The position numbers and the translations under genes were made by a program. The notes beneath the pieces were generated by a model, which was not told where the DNA came from, did not search any database, and saw nothing but the letters and a program-made list of their open reading frames with translations. 64,000 nt of DNA from Octopus sinensis (Eukaryota): positions 81,158,001-81,222,000 of the forward strand of contig NC_043003.1 in NCBI RefSeq assembly GCF_006345805.1, in the 5' to 3' direction. Below are positions 40,089-53,659 of the stretch, one piece after another (positions within the stretch are counted from its first letter, which is position 1; the number at the start of each line of letters is the position of its first letter).

Positions 40089-41261
40089 TAGTGTGATTGA
40101 TCGTATATCTAAGAAGACCTGCTCACTGACATTTAAACACCTTACTACCATTCAAACATCAACTTTCACATCACTTAGTAATATTGAATCACTTTTCCTG
40201 GAGATTCAGGACAACTACACTGAAAACTACTTAGTGATATGAATCATTGATCCCCACTTCTGTTCGTCATTTCTAACATTGTAATTAATATTTATATCTG
40301 AGACGACAATGATTTTTTTTGAGTGTGTGTGTGTGTGGTTATGTAATGGAAAAGGAAATAGTGATATAAAAAATGAGGCTTGATCAAGATGGTGGAAACA
40401 TCTAAAAAAATAGAACAGAGACGATATTAACTAGAACGGCACGCTAGCGATGCTTAGTATTTGTGGACGTGGATCAGATTGGATAGAAATACAAAAAAAA
40501 AGGGTGATTCATATTACGACTACTGCTGCAGCGTAAGATGAAATCAAGTTTCTAAGAAGGCTGTTTATAAAATGGCACTAAGGAATGTGATGGGAAAACA
40601 ATAACCAGGGAAAGGTTTTGTTGCAAAGGTTTTGTTGCAAAAGAGGTCAAATAAGCTGATAAAGAAATATTGAAAGATAGCTAGCTAGATAGAGATCAGA
40701 AAGAAAAAGGGAAGGATAAAAAGGAATGGAATAAAAATAAGCCAGAGTATCATAGCCAAAATGAGAGAATAAGAAAAAAAATAACACAAGAATAAAATTA
40801 GCCGATATGGAGGTTAAAAGACACTTAGAGAGAATATTAAAATAGTGAGAGAATGTAGAGTCAAGAGATTCATACGCATACAGCACCAAATATACGTAAC
40901 AGAAATATGCATATACACACCTTTAAATAAACACGCACATACACACACACACGCGCACTCACATATAGTATAAATAACGCAAATAGGCTGAGGTTTACAA
41001 CAGCTGTTTCAGACCTGTTTTTACTGACATATATATATTATTTATTTTGTATATATAATATATGCATGTAGATATATTTGCATATACGTAAGTATATGTA
41101 TGTATGCATGCATGTATGTATGCAAATATTTAACTTCAAACCTCTGTATGTTCTCTTAATGTTGAGTTGTCTCTCGATAACTCTCTTCCCTAATGTAGTA
41201 ATGCAACGAAGTGCGCACGAACAAGCACATATATATGAGTGTGCATGTGTGTGATTATGTG

Positions 41262-41298
<37 letters not shown>

Positions 41299-41699
41299 GC
41301 ACATTTATCCATTTGTATTTATATAGGTGTATATGTGTTTATATATGTGTATATGTATTTGGCATGAAAATTGATGCTAATTCCCGAAGTGATCGTCAGT
41401 TCACTGTTTCAAATATCTCAACTATCCCGTCTAGAGCGAGGAACATGTATTTCAGTGGCTTGGGATTCATGATCCCACAGCTAATTTATGCCTTGCCAAT
41501 ATATTTGGGGAAACGTCGCGGAATACAGGTTGAGGTTTACAGGAAATAATTTGATCTCTTACTGCCCAAGGTCCCGGATGAACCTGTATTAGGGCAAGAA
41601 ACTCAAAAGAGGGCAATCAAAAGCCAATCCCACAAAATGGCTACTGGAAATGTGATTACACTGACCTGATCCTGTATGACGACAGTCTTTGTATGTATG

Positions 41700-42031
41700 T
41701 ATGTATATATATATATATATATATATATACACTCAAACTTACATATATTTACCTATATATATATAATGTACACACACATATATATATATACCTATACAGA
41801 CATATTTTATACTATATATGTATATATATGTATACTCTATGTATATATATATAGTATAAAAATGTATATATATATATATATATACAGTCAAGCTTACATA
41901 TATTTACCTATATATATATATATATATATATATAATGTACACCACACATATATATATACCTATAGGCATATTTTATACTATATATGTATATACATATATA
42001 CTCTATGTATATATATTGTATAAATGTATAT

Positions 42032-42063
<32 letters not shown>

Positions 42064-42110
42064 ATATATATACACATATATGTATATGCATATATACATA
42101 TATATATGCT
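41700..42110. repeat. Compound TA-rich microsatellite with ~155-bp higher-order duplication
   Basis: Unique interruptions ('cttacatatatttacc', 'catattttatact', 'atactctatg') each occur twice in the same order. Confidence 0.8.
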
Positions 42111-42784
42111 AGTATGACAATAAGCCACGACATTTTGCAGTTTTAATAACTTGTATAGTAAAGGCAATAGAAAAACGAGAATATGAAAATTCGAAGTATG
42201 GAATAAAACGTAAATTAATAAAATACATCCACGTACAAAACCGAAAGAAGCAAAAAGAAGAAACAAAGCAATACAACCATTAATATATCTTTCTGAAGAT
42301 ATATGCTTCAGTTTCCTTTGAAAATAAAATTGAACATTGAATGCGTAATTATCAACACGTGAAAGTATTAGCTGTTTATTAATATTTTTTCTTCCTTTTA
42401 TTTCGAATTATATGACGTTATCATGTTTGCCGAAATGGAAAATAACTCAATAATTGCACATATTTGGCGGCAGTGTGATAAATAACGTTATTATGAAACG
42501 TATAAACACTATAACAGTATAAAACTGTGCTTTTGTTGTTGTTGTTTTTTTTTTGTTTTATTTTTCGCTTTGCTTCGTCTCGAATCATTGCAAATGATGT
42601 ATAGTATCTCTTTTCAGACTATATTTTACGACTACCAGAATTAGTACACATGAAACGAGTATAAATACACACAGGCGTGCATGAAGCTTTGCATATACAT
42701 ATGCACACATGTATACAATACATCCAACAACCAATGCATTTATATATATATACAGATATGATCATACATATAAAATATGTAACT

Positions 42785-42858
<74 letters not shown>

Positions 42859-45627
42859 AAAAATACACATATATATTATATATAGTATGTATGTATATAT
42901 ATATAATATATACATATATATATGTATGTATATATATATATATATATGTATATATAAACATATATATGTGTGTAAATATACATATATATGTGCGTGTGTG
43001 TATGTGCATTACTTGTAAGTACATGCATATCTGTTTATATGTCTCTATATATCAACTTCTTTATCTACCTATTTATCAATCTATCTACACACAGACATGC
43101 ACGCTCACACACACACACACACACACACCACATGTAAAAGTATTTATACATAAGAATAAGGCATAATATGGAGTTAATGATGGTGTGATTTGAGACCAAC
43201 TTATGTGCTACATTTATCACAAAAACAAAATTGAAAGTGACATCATGGACAGGTATTCACGTTGAGAGCATGTTACTGGCATGTGCTTGCAATGAAAATG
43301 AGGTCACGCTTGAAGACTTATTAACGACCATCATATATTGCTTATGTGGCATGCATTTATAGATCTCGTGAATGTGTGTATAGTAATGTTTTGTTATTTG
43401 ACTTATATTGGTATATATTAAGTTCGGTTGGAATAGTACCTGATAAAGAAACGGAATTGATGATAATCAAATATAAACCTTCGTATAACATAGGCGTGAC
43501 AGACACGGCGGGTATGTCATTATATAACAGCACACAGCGTTTGTTCTCAATGCGACGGTATATACACTGAGACATATGTGTAACTTTTTATATCCATGTT
43601 ATATATATATGTGTGTGTGTGTTTATGTATGTGTATAGATGTATACATACATGCATACATACGTACAGGCAGACATTTATATACGTATACATGTGTTTAT
43701 CTATGCATAGTAAAGAGTGTTATGCTTGACATCCGTTTTTGTTGTCAAATCGTAATTTTACGCTATCGACTGTTCAGCCGTAATCAAAGGCACGTTAGAG
43801 TTACTGTTACAATTGAAGCAGTTTCAAGTCTAACTAAAATATTTACACTCCATTATATACACTATTTTGCTTGTTTGTAATTACAAACGCGTGCGAATAC
43901 CCATATAACCGTGTGCGTAGGAATGTGTATATGTGAGAATGTATACGTTTGCATAAATTCATATATAGTTTTATATATGTATATACATATATCCATATGT
44001 AAATATAGGTGTCTGCGCGCGCATGCTTGTGAGTATATACCTGTATTTATGTAGGTGTTAATTGCTTGATAAATCAAGAGGTTCTGGTTATTAATCGGGC
44101 AAAATCTTTATGTGATATGTAATATTATTTACCGGTAATCCGCAGAAATCTTATAGTTTTCTAATGCTTGACTCTAATCATCCAGTGTCCAACTAATAAA
44201 TGAGTAGAGATGATTAAATCTATTCTCGTATAAAATTTGTATATATTGTACCAGCTGCAGATCTATAAATGTTTTGTAAATCTCTTTATCTAATTAATTT
44301 ATGACAAAGATATCATCCGCATACAAATAACCATGGCCATGTTCGTCCTAATCTATTTGTTGTAGTGAGGATTAAAGAAAATTGCGTGGTTATGTAGTTT
44401 GCTGAAAGAGAAAACAATTATAAATTCAGCTAATGCTTCTTTTTTTTATTGTTTTTCCTCATCGCATGATTATACCTAATTATGTTTGTTGATGATGATG
44501 TAAAATATATTGGCATTATGATGGTAGTTTCTACCTGTCATACGCCCTGTCAAAAGGGTATGGAAACTGATTTCTGAGGTTGTGGGCGGTGGGTTATTCA
44601 GGCCTAGGTTTCAAAGTAGGTGTCTGTCTGCGTAATCTTATCCCACTCATTGGAGTAGGAGTTCTGAAAATTCTGGGTGGCTTGAAAATATAAATTTGGA
44701 AACAAGAAAGCTTAAGGTATTAGTTTGAAGTGGTCTTCTGCTAGGAATCAAATTCCTGATTAATTTTTTCCACTCCCTGATGCCTATGGCTTTTTTTTAT
44801 TTTTATTAAAGAACATTTCGGAGTAACAGCAAATGTCGATCGGTTAATATGTGTAGTTGTCGCCCTTATCTATCCTAAGTAAGTTTCACAATTGGTGCAA
44901 TGTGCACAGCTACGCAATGAAGGGAGAATTTAGACTAATGAAAATTTTGTTGCTCATCACATTAAATGCGTTAACACCAACTTAACTGTAAAAGACAATG
45001 TCGATTCCAGTAAGATGTTATCGTGAAATGTAATGGACTTGAAATAAACAGCCAGGGGAATTATTATGCAACCGCACTGTTCTGTCATAATACAGAATGA
45101 AGATTTCTTAAGTTAGAATATATTTAACGCTATTGTACAGGGACTTCACAGTAGATTCCTGTCAAATACTATTCAAGATTTACAGAAGAAAATATCACAT
45201 ATAATATACTACGTCGTAACTGAATGTATATATGTGTGTGTTGGGGGCGTACATATACTTCTATGCATATTCATACGCACACACAGATGTACGTGCCTAT
45301 GTAATGTGCAGTACATACATACATGCAATTATACATAGCTATACATGTATTTATCTCTGTATATATGTATTTATCTATGTGTATGTATGTATGTATGTAT
45401 GTATGTATGTGTGTGTGTATGTATGTACGTGGAGAGTTTCGGCCGTGAGAGAGAGAGGGAGGGAGAAAGAAATAATAATTAGATTGCTATACTGCAATAA
45501 AATTATAAACTTAAATATTCATTATTTTCTGTCACTGGTTTTTATGCATTTGGAGAGAGCTCGCTTTTAACTCTAAAAAGGTTCACAGCTCAATTTATTA
45601 CGTTAGCCAGCATAATCTTAGACAATG

Positions 45628-45717
45628 ATAAATATATATATATATGCATATATGTATATATATATATATACATATATGTATATATATATATATATGCATA
45701 TATGTATATATATATGC

Positions 45718-45761
<44 letters not shown>

Positions 45762-45965
45762 TATATATATATGCATATATGTATATGTACGATATATATA
45801 TATGCATATATAATATATGTATATATATATATGCTATATATATATGTATATAATATATTATACATATATATATATGTATAATATAGGTATACATATATAT
45901 ATATGTATATATATGTGTGTATATATATATATTTATATGTGTGTGTGTGTGTGTGTATATATACA
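45628..45965. repeat. Compound (TA)n/(TGCATA) microsatellite
   Basis: Direct reading. Confidence 0.95.
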
Positions 45966-46052
45966 CACATGTATATGTATACCTTTATATGCATATACGT
46001 GGACTTATGGTTATATCATGCGCGTGTGTGTGTGCCTACACTTTTGTATGAG

Positions 46053-46205
46053 TGTGCGTGGTTTAGTGGTTATGCCGCTCCCCTCATAATCGTAAGATTG
46101 TGATTTTGGTTGATGGACTGGAAGATAAGGTGTGTTCGAGAGCAAAGTTATTTATTTTAGGTTGGTCCATTCCACTCGACCGGCAAAAATGAGTAGTCCT
46201 GAAGC
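46053..46205 (+). mobile_element. SINE family C head (degenerate)
   Basis: 'gcgtggtttagtggtt...atcgtaagattgtg...ccactc...ggcaaaaatgagta'. Confidence 0.6.
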
Positions 46206-46299
46206 CGGTCGTAAAGATGAAGGCGGGGATAAAAACGTCAGAGAATAAGGAAAATGGCAAATGAGGCAACGGGTTAGAAAGAAATTTTGATCCTTTACA

Positions 46300-47080
46300 T
46301 ACATAGTCTAATCAATAAATATCCGGACTGTTGCAATAATAACGAAACTAAAGGACGCAGAGTGAAGCAGCTTGGTCCAGATTCACCTAATTCTTTGATA
46401 TGCGTGTGCACTAAGTTATAACGTTCTAGCTCACTTATGCTGTTTGCAGCGGTGCCTGGAATGAAGGTGTATAGCATGTGGTCGTCGCATTCACCACGAC
46501 AAAGTTGAGCAAAGAATCTGCATTAAAGTTTGCCAAAAGCTTGGCAATACCAGCTCAGAGGCCTACGCAAAGATTTCGAAAGGTTTTCATCGTTCTCGGC
46601 ACAATCGAGGGGATGTTGTGCAACTGAAATCCCGCATCTCTTACCTATATCTTCAGTGATAATGGACTGAAATGAACCGTAACTAATCTGCACATCCTCT
46701 GATAAGTCACGGATGGTGACTCGACCATTTCCCCTCACAGTTGCACGTTCATCTGCTATATTTTTCTCAGTTCTGCTGCTTGCTGGTCTACCAGAACGTT
46801 AGTCAACTTGTGTACGACTGATATACTCCTCTCTATACAATTTCTGCAACTTTATGTTAGCCTATGAGCAGAAAACGCTGTCATGGTCAATGCGATGATC
46901 ACGCACAACACACCTTCCTCCCAAGCACTGCCGCAATAAGCGGAAGTGAGCTAGAATGTAAAAAATGTGTACGCATGCACAACAGTGTTGAAGGTCAACA
47001 GTTGTCAATTAGCTTCATTTAGCGTGCTTTAGCTTCGTTATCATGGCAACACCGTTGGTACTTATTGATCAGGCCTCGTA
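46300..47080. mobile_element. Mariner derivative made of two inverted 5' ends
   Basis: Plus arm: TIR-like 'tacatagtctaatcaataaatatcc' leading to DKVEQRICIKVCQKLG. Minus arm: 'tacgaggcctgatcaataagtacc' leading to KLQKLYREEYISRTQV...SGRPASSRTEKNIA...VRGNGRVTIRDLSEDVQISYGSFQSIITED (mariner HTH region). Confidence 0.8.
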
Positions 47081-47116
47081 TATGTGTGTGTTATATATAT
47101 ATATATATATATATAT

Positions 47117-47194
<78 letters not shown>

Positions 47195-47294
47195 GTGTGC
47201 ACGTGTGTGTATCTATCTATATATGTGTATGTGTGTATGCACGTTTGTTTGTATATATATCTATAGCTACCTATCTATACATACATACATACAT

Positions 47295-47846
47295 ACGGTG
47301 ACTGCCCCCTCGTTATCGAGTATGGCCATTGCACGAAGCTTAACCAATGTTGTTATCGTGCAATGCCTGTGCAAGATTTTTTCCAAAGTGAGGAAAGGCT
47401 GTGCACTGAGTCGATCCCACTCACTAAGCAACAGCAGCCATAATCTCAAAAGAAGAACAAGTCAACATCATCGGTAACCACTGAGCCGCAGGTTTTATGT
47501 CGGAGTTATCCCAGTTACCTAAGTTACCTTCTCCTAGAAGGATGCCCTAACAGAGGCTAGGAGTCCTTCACTCCCAATGGTTTAACCGCGCGATCGGGTA
47601 TTCAGTCCGATTATTTCTATGTCCTCGCGAATGATACAGCCTTAAGGCATTTATTGGATGGCAGGTGACTCTCAAGCGTTCTTCCGCCCTTTGACGGGTT
47701 TTGTTTTTCATCCCACAGGGTGTCCAATAAACACCCTCCTCACCAAGCAAGCTTGGTGGTGTTGCCGGTATAGTCGCCGACGACCCGACCATTCAGCAGG
47801 TTGTACTGGGTTACATGTTACCAGTAGCACTCGAAAGTGACCTGAC
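47295..47846 (-). mobile_element. Probable non-LTR retrotransposon 5'-UTR fragment (RTE-like)
   Basis: GC-rich non-coding island. Minus strand has 'ccttctaggagaaggtaact', resembling motifs I associate with RTE-type 5' UTRs; family is inferred. Confidence 0.4.
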
Positions 47847-48199
47847 ATAAACATACATACATATATATATGTTTTTACGTTTAGGCATACATATAGGTAT
47901 ACAAATATATGTAAGGGTATCTAAAATGTTTGCATAATAATAAAAAACTCATGTGTATATATGTGTGTGTATATGTGTGTGTATGTGTGAGGCATGCGTG
48001 TGTGCGTATGTGCCAGCCTGCGTTTAAATGTTGAATGTTCGGGTAAATTTTCTCGATCTCTCCCTCACCAATATATATGATTACTTTTTTCCTTTTTATC
48101 ATCTCCATAGTTATTTGTTAGCTTTTGTTTTATTATTTTAAATTCTTCTTGACGTGTTTATATTTCAGTAGGAGATACTAAAACTCAATTATTCAAACA

Positions 48200-48318
48200 C
48201 TTCTGAGGTCGACCTTGCTGTTCATTATTTCGGGGTCGATTAAATAAGTACCAGTTGAATACTGGGGTCGATGAATTACCCGAAATTGCTGGCAATGTTC
48301 CAGAATTTGAGGCCAATA
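48200..48318 (+). mobile_element. SINE family D, 3' part
   Basis: 'gaggtcgaccttg...tcggggtcgattaaataagtaccagttg..tactggggtcgat'. Confidence 0.75.
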
Positions 48319-48456
48319 ATTTCTACGTACTTCTTTCCTAATACCCTAGATATATCTAGTCATAGAATTGCTCAGCTGCCTGCATTTTCTGTATGTTATT
48401 CCGTAAGTTTAAAGAAAGAGCAAGAAAGGTAGCTTATCACTAGCAAGGAATGAAGA

Positions 48457-48690
48457 CGTCGAGCTGGCAGAAGTGTTAGCATGTCGGGTAAAGTGCTAAG
48501 CGAAATTTCGCCCGTCTTTCCAATCCCAGTTCAAATTCCACCGAGGTCAACTTTGCCTTCACTCCTTTCGGGGTCAAATTTGCCTGTCATCTTTTCGGGG
48601 ATCGATAAGTACCAGTCAAGCACTGGGGTCGATGTAATCGACTAGCATCCTCCCACAAAATGTCGTGTCTTGTGCATATTGCAGAAAGCT
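48457..48690 (+). mobile_element. SINE family D, near full length
   Basis: 'gagctggcagaagtgttagc...gttcaaattccaccgaggtcaactttgcc...gtaccagtcaagcactggggtcgatgtaatcgact'; small internal duplication. Confidence 0.85.
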
Positions 48691-49186
48691 ATATTACTGG
48701 CAAGATTCAATGTAAAACTCAACATTGAAATTGGTAGTCAACGCAATACACTAAATACTACGAGAAAAAAATAACTAATTATTAGAAGAAACCTGACGTC
48801 AATGGTTAAAAAAAAAAAATCTCTGTTAGTGCGTCAATGAGCAAGAGATAATACAATATGGTCGTGATGTTTGACTACAAAATAATGGACAATACAAAAA
48901 CTGCTAAACTAATTTCAGCAGAAAAATAAGACCAGTAAGGTCTTTTAACATCGGCGAACCACGGAAAATTTATAGTTCTAAGCAAGACATTAACAGAATA
49001 CAGGTAAATGAAGAAAAGTTTTTAAATAAAAAGTACTTTTTATTCTTATTAAGAAATATTATTACCTACCTATGTATATATATATATATATGAATATATA
49101 TACACATATATTTTTTTATATACACAGTTATACATATACACCACACACACACATATATTTCATATATATTTATGTAAATATTTATA

Positions 49187-49253
<67 letters not shown>

Positions 49254-49914
49254 ATATACATATATCATATATATGTATGTCTATGCAGTGTCGGCTTTAT
49301 TAGAGTATAACCATTGCATGATGTCTAAAACAAACTAAACATATTCGGGTTGTGTGTGTTGTGTATGTGTGCGTATGTGTGAAAGAAAGGAGAGAATGAA
49401 ATGCACGGACACATTAAAATATATAAATTGCATTCACCACTCCAATATTAAATCGTGTGAGACATCTTGGCGGAAAGTAATTTGGATCAACGCAAAAGAG
49501 AAACAAAAATAACATAAAAAAATATGTACATTTGGAAATGAAACAAAATATACATATAAGTTAGAGATTAATAAATGATAAGATTTCTTCGAAATGAATT
49601 TTTCTTATCTGTAATATGATCATTCTTGTGTCAGACTTTCTTTTATATTACCAATAAAAATCTGATGACTGTTTTCTATATTTTTTCCTTCTGTCATCCT
49701 CAACCGAATTATCTGCAGTTATAGTTACACATAAACGTCATTTTTCGAAGATGTGTGGTTCTTTATTATTTCTGTATTGCCACGCTGCTAGGAAACACTT
49801 TTACTTATATTGTCAAAGTGTCATAGCTTTATAAATCTCGTACACGAAACTATACTGACGCTCCTACTTGATAGCTACATATGTTCGGACTATCACCCGA
49901 AGACCCTACAAATT

Positions 49915-49964
<50 letters not shown>

Positions 49965-50460
49965 GATCCATCTGCCTGTCCACTATTATCGGCAGAGTGG
50001 TAGTGGGTAGAGTCCTAAAGCACCCCCTCCATTTTGCTCTACAAGAAGCAATCGTCATCAGGCTGACAGGATTCATGAAGATGATGAGCTGATAATATGC
50101 ATATTATTCAAACATTTCGTTTTTAGTATACCATTAAGCATCCTGTCAGGAGGCTAGGCTCGAAGAATCTATCTTGCTACTTTTCCTGCGATATTCTTAT
50201 TCAATGTCCGTAGTACGTAGCTGTGACCACTCAATTCCGAGAAGAAGCGGTTCGGCCAGGAGAGACACTCTGTTCTCCAAGCTAAGCGTTCTGTCGAGTA
50301 ACGTTATTCCTGAGATCCGACGAAACAACCCCCATTTCGGCCACTTGTATTCAAGATAATGTAATCTTTTGGACATTACCCAACATTCACGACCACAGGT
50401 TAGGATAGGCACGGAAACTGAATGCATAATCGAGTGTATAGTCCTAGACAAACACTACTT
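49965..50460 (-). pseudogene. RTE-clade LINE, 3' end of RT ORF
   Basis: VSVPILTCGRECWVM...FRRISGITLLDR...EPLLLGIEWSQLR matches the RTE post-RT pattern P.L.YG.E.W...LRRI.G....DR...R...S.LRW; further on, CRAKWR. Confidence 0.85.
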
Positions 50461-51599
50461 GTGAGAAAAGAGTGACGCATGGTAAAGGGTCACGCGTCTC
50501 TGATACGTCTACTCAATTAGAAAAAAACAGACCTAGTTCCAAACAGCAGAGACATTAATAACTTATTAGTGATTTGCCGTTTGTGCTGATTTAATGTGTT
50601 ATGATTGACTTTGTTGCAGACACATTTACTGCTTTCGTTCTATAATACACAGGACTTCTAACACACTAAGACGTATTTTTTATGACTGAGCAGTAGAATC
50701 AAAAATCACTTGAAATATGTGTTATTCATCTTCTAATGTATAAATGTTATTCCATTGTTTTTTAAACAAAATTACTTCTAAATGTTCTTTTTATGAAAGC
50801 CGTATCTTGTTGCATATTTTCTCTATTCATGTCCATCCGACACAGCCACATCTCTTGTCACTGTCTCCCGCCGATAAACATACACATTCACATAAACACA
50901 TTCACTTACACTCAAACACACACACAGATGTCTATGAATATATATATATACATAGATATATTACAATATTATGTACATGTGTGTATGTATGTCTATGTGA
51001 TCAGACAGACTCCAAAGCTAGTGTTGTTTTGCGTCAACAAGGTATATATATATATTGTGTAGCAAAATCAATAATAAAAGAGTAGAGTGTACTCTCCTTT
51101 CACCTTTTCCCATGAAGAATGTCTGTGTCTAAAGCATTGGCTTCTCCACCCCTCACGATATATTCACTTTTATATATATATATATATATATATATCATCA
51201 TATGACCATATAAGCGACCAGGCTATCAGACGTTGCTACACATCTCTGGTCACAATGCGTTTCGCATTGTTTTAGCTTTCAAATGACGCCAACTCGCTGG
51301 CTAAGCGAGCAGGCCAATATATATATAGTCAAATTGAACGTTAAGATAACAAAAGGACAAAAGGACGTGCATACGGAACATATTAGAATGACGTTCAGTA
51401 AAGGTGCTAAAATGTGTGTTTTTTTCTGCGGTTCGAGCGTAGCTCTTCGGCAGATAGAGGAGAAAGGAAAGGTCCAAAGAAGGTAAATAAAACAATGTCC
51501 AGGAAAAGCACTATGTGTGAGATTACATGGCTGAGGTGACTGGAAATATACATAATATATATATGTATTATTTACGTACCTTCCATCATGGTTGTCATC

Positions 51600-52200
51600 G
51601 TATCATCAAATTCCTATCTCTGAAAGGTCGGGTGGAGGTGGCGAATGCAAACATCGAATCCGAAATATACTACTTCCAGACTGTCGTCCTTTGCCTCGCT
51701 TCGTGGCTGAACCGGCTGGTGCGTTTGTTCTACCACATCATACGGAAGGGAATGGTACCGCTTGTCAGTCATTCCATTTGCTGTCACTACCCACTGCGTG
51801 GAGGACTGAGCATGCCGTGCCTGAAGATGTGCAGAAATGCGGTGAGGCTGCGGCATCTCCAGCGACACCTTAACGGTGAATAAGTGTAGTCGTCGTTTGT
51901 TGAACACACTTTTCCGCTGCTCCACTCCTTGACAGAGCAACAGTCCTGGATCAGGCACATACCGAAGCAGGGCAATTGGCACCTAGACTGTCTCCAAGCG
52001 CTCACAGCCCTCGGCCAGTCGGGCAATGCTGTCGGTGGAAGATCCACCTTGGTGTTCTTTAGGAGATTAGTGGAGATCAAGAGTGATGACGTACACGCAG
52101 CGGTCCAGGGCAGGGATCGAGAGAGATCAACTGGTTGGTCACTTCCAGACGATTTTCGGGCTGGCAACAATGAATAACTTCCAGAAATCCCTTACCTGGC
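51600..52200 (+). pseudogene. Tx1/L1-clade LINE ORF2 fragment (post-RT)
   Basis: ORFs 51527-51883 and 51929-52177 share a frame and contain LSLKGRVEVAN, PLRGGLSMP and WHLDCLQAL, separated by in-frame stops. Confidence 0.8.
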
Positions 52201-52916
52201 AGTGCAACCGGGTGGGGGTAGGGCAGTGCCGGTTCGAGATAAGCTTTGAAACAGACTTCGCCTTTCGTCGATGGAATAAGGTACCAATCAAGTATTAGGA
52301 TTGCTGGTTTCGACTATTCACTGAAAATTGCTGGCTTTGTACCTGAGTTAGAAACAATTATTAAAATCATGGTGACGTTATGAATCGACTTAGAACTTCA
52401 TCCATATAATACATAATCATAGCTAGTGATATGCTCCGATCAACTCAATACACCTTCCTCTTTTATTGGAAATGCTTTGCAACTGAAGAACAAAGCCATG
52501 TAAATCAATGCTTTCGTTTGAAAGAAATAAACTTATATTCAAATATGAGTAAAAAAGAATTTTAAATTATAAAACGTAAATGAATATGTGCAAGTAATAG
52601 AAACGATAGGTTTTGAAACCCATTGGGAAATTATTTACTGCGAGAATCACTGACCTTTACAGCAAAAGAGCTGAAGCTTGAGAATACTTTCTTGGTTGGA
52701 AAGGGAGAAGATAAGAATAGGGTTTAAGTTTATTTCGGTTAATGTATTTGTATGTATCGACCAAAAGGGTGAAGTGACATATAAATATTGGATTAGTTTT
52801 TGATATTTATCAAATGTATAAAAATATGTGTATGTATGTTTTTATGTTTCTAATATGAATGTCTATACACACATACATAGTTATATGTATATTTATACAT
52901 ACATATATATATATAT

Positions 52917-52938
52917 TACATACATATTAAAAATAATA

Positions 52939-53025
<87 letters not shown>

Positions 53026-53048
53026 TAATAATAATAATAATAATAATA
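52917..53048. repeat. (TAA)n trinucleotide array
   Basis: Direct reading. Confidence 0.97.
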
Positions 53049-53506
53049 AGTAGCAGTTGCTTTTCGAAATTGATAAAAGCAGAGAGAATATGGGTTGCAT
53101 ATGAGTCCATATTACATCTCTTTTAATGTAAATGATTCTGTCGGAAGCAATTTGATAATAAAGTTGCTTGTAAAGGGGAATAAGCAGTCATGCATCTGAA
53201 TGGGATATCGTTGTAACCATACGTCTATTTACTCGATATTTTTTCATTACATACATCTTTTTCTCGCACACATACATGTATATGTATACATATGCGTATG
53301 CATAGATGTATGTGAATATATGCAGAGAAGTTGCCAAATAAAGTGAAACATCGAGAGCTCGATAACAAAATAAATTGATGGGAAAGGAATGAGGAGAGAA
53401 AAAGAAGGAGAGTGAGATTTTGTATTCGCCTTTCCGTATGGGGATTTGCTTATTTGATTCCCTACAACCACGTTATTTACTCATAATCATTTTAAACTTT
53501 CAAATC

Positions 53507-53659
53507 TTATAACAGGGAGTAAGGCGTAAGCTTAAGCTTGCTGTTTAGAAGTTTTCTTTGTAACCAAGTGAATCCGAGTTCGTTTCCATATGGCGAAATC
53601 TCCTCTAGCACAGGCTTGGGCTCGTCATTCATTTTGAAGGAGATTTTCGTCGATGGAAG
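53507..53659 (-). CDS. Candidate exon or small ORF (LPSTKISFK-MNDEPKPVLEEISPYGNELGFTWLQRKLLNSKLKLTPYSLL*)
   Basis: Acceptor '(tg)n..caagtttctccacag|CTT', non-repetitive 50-codon frame, ATG in 'CAAAATG' context at 53630-53632. Confidence 0.3.
   Translation of the reverse strand, partial: LPSTKISFKMNDEPKPVLEEISPYGNELGFTWLQRKLLNSKLKLTPYSLL

Noticed and set aside
44540-44700. GC-richer block with a good minus-strand acceptor
   Set aside because: All three frames hit stops before a convincing donor, and no recognisable peptide.
47600-47660. TCCTCGCG resembling the HDV-ribozyme L3 loop
   Set aside because: No matching P1/P2 pseudoknot found, and it lies on the strand opposite the inferred element sense.
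50045-50075. CTGATGA on the minus strand
   Set aside because: It lies within RTE coding sequence and has no hammerhead stems.
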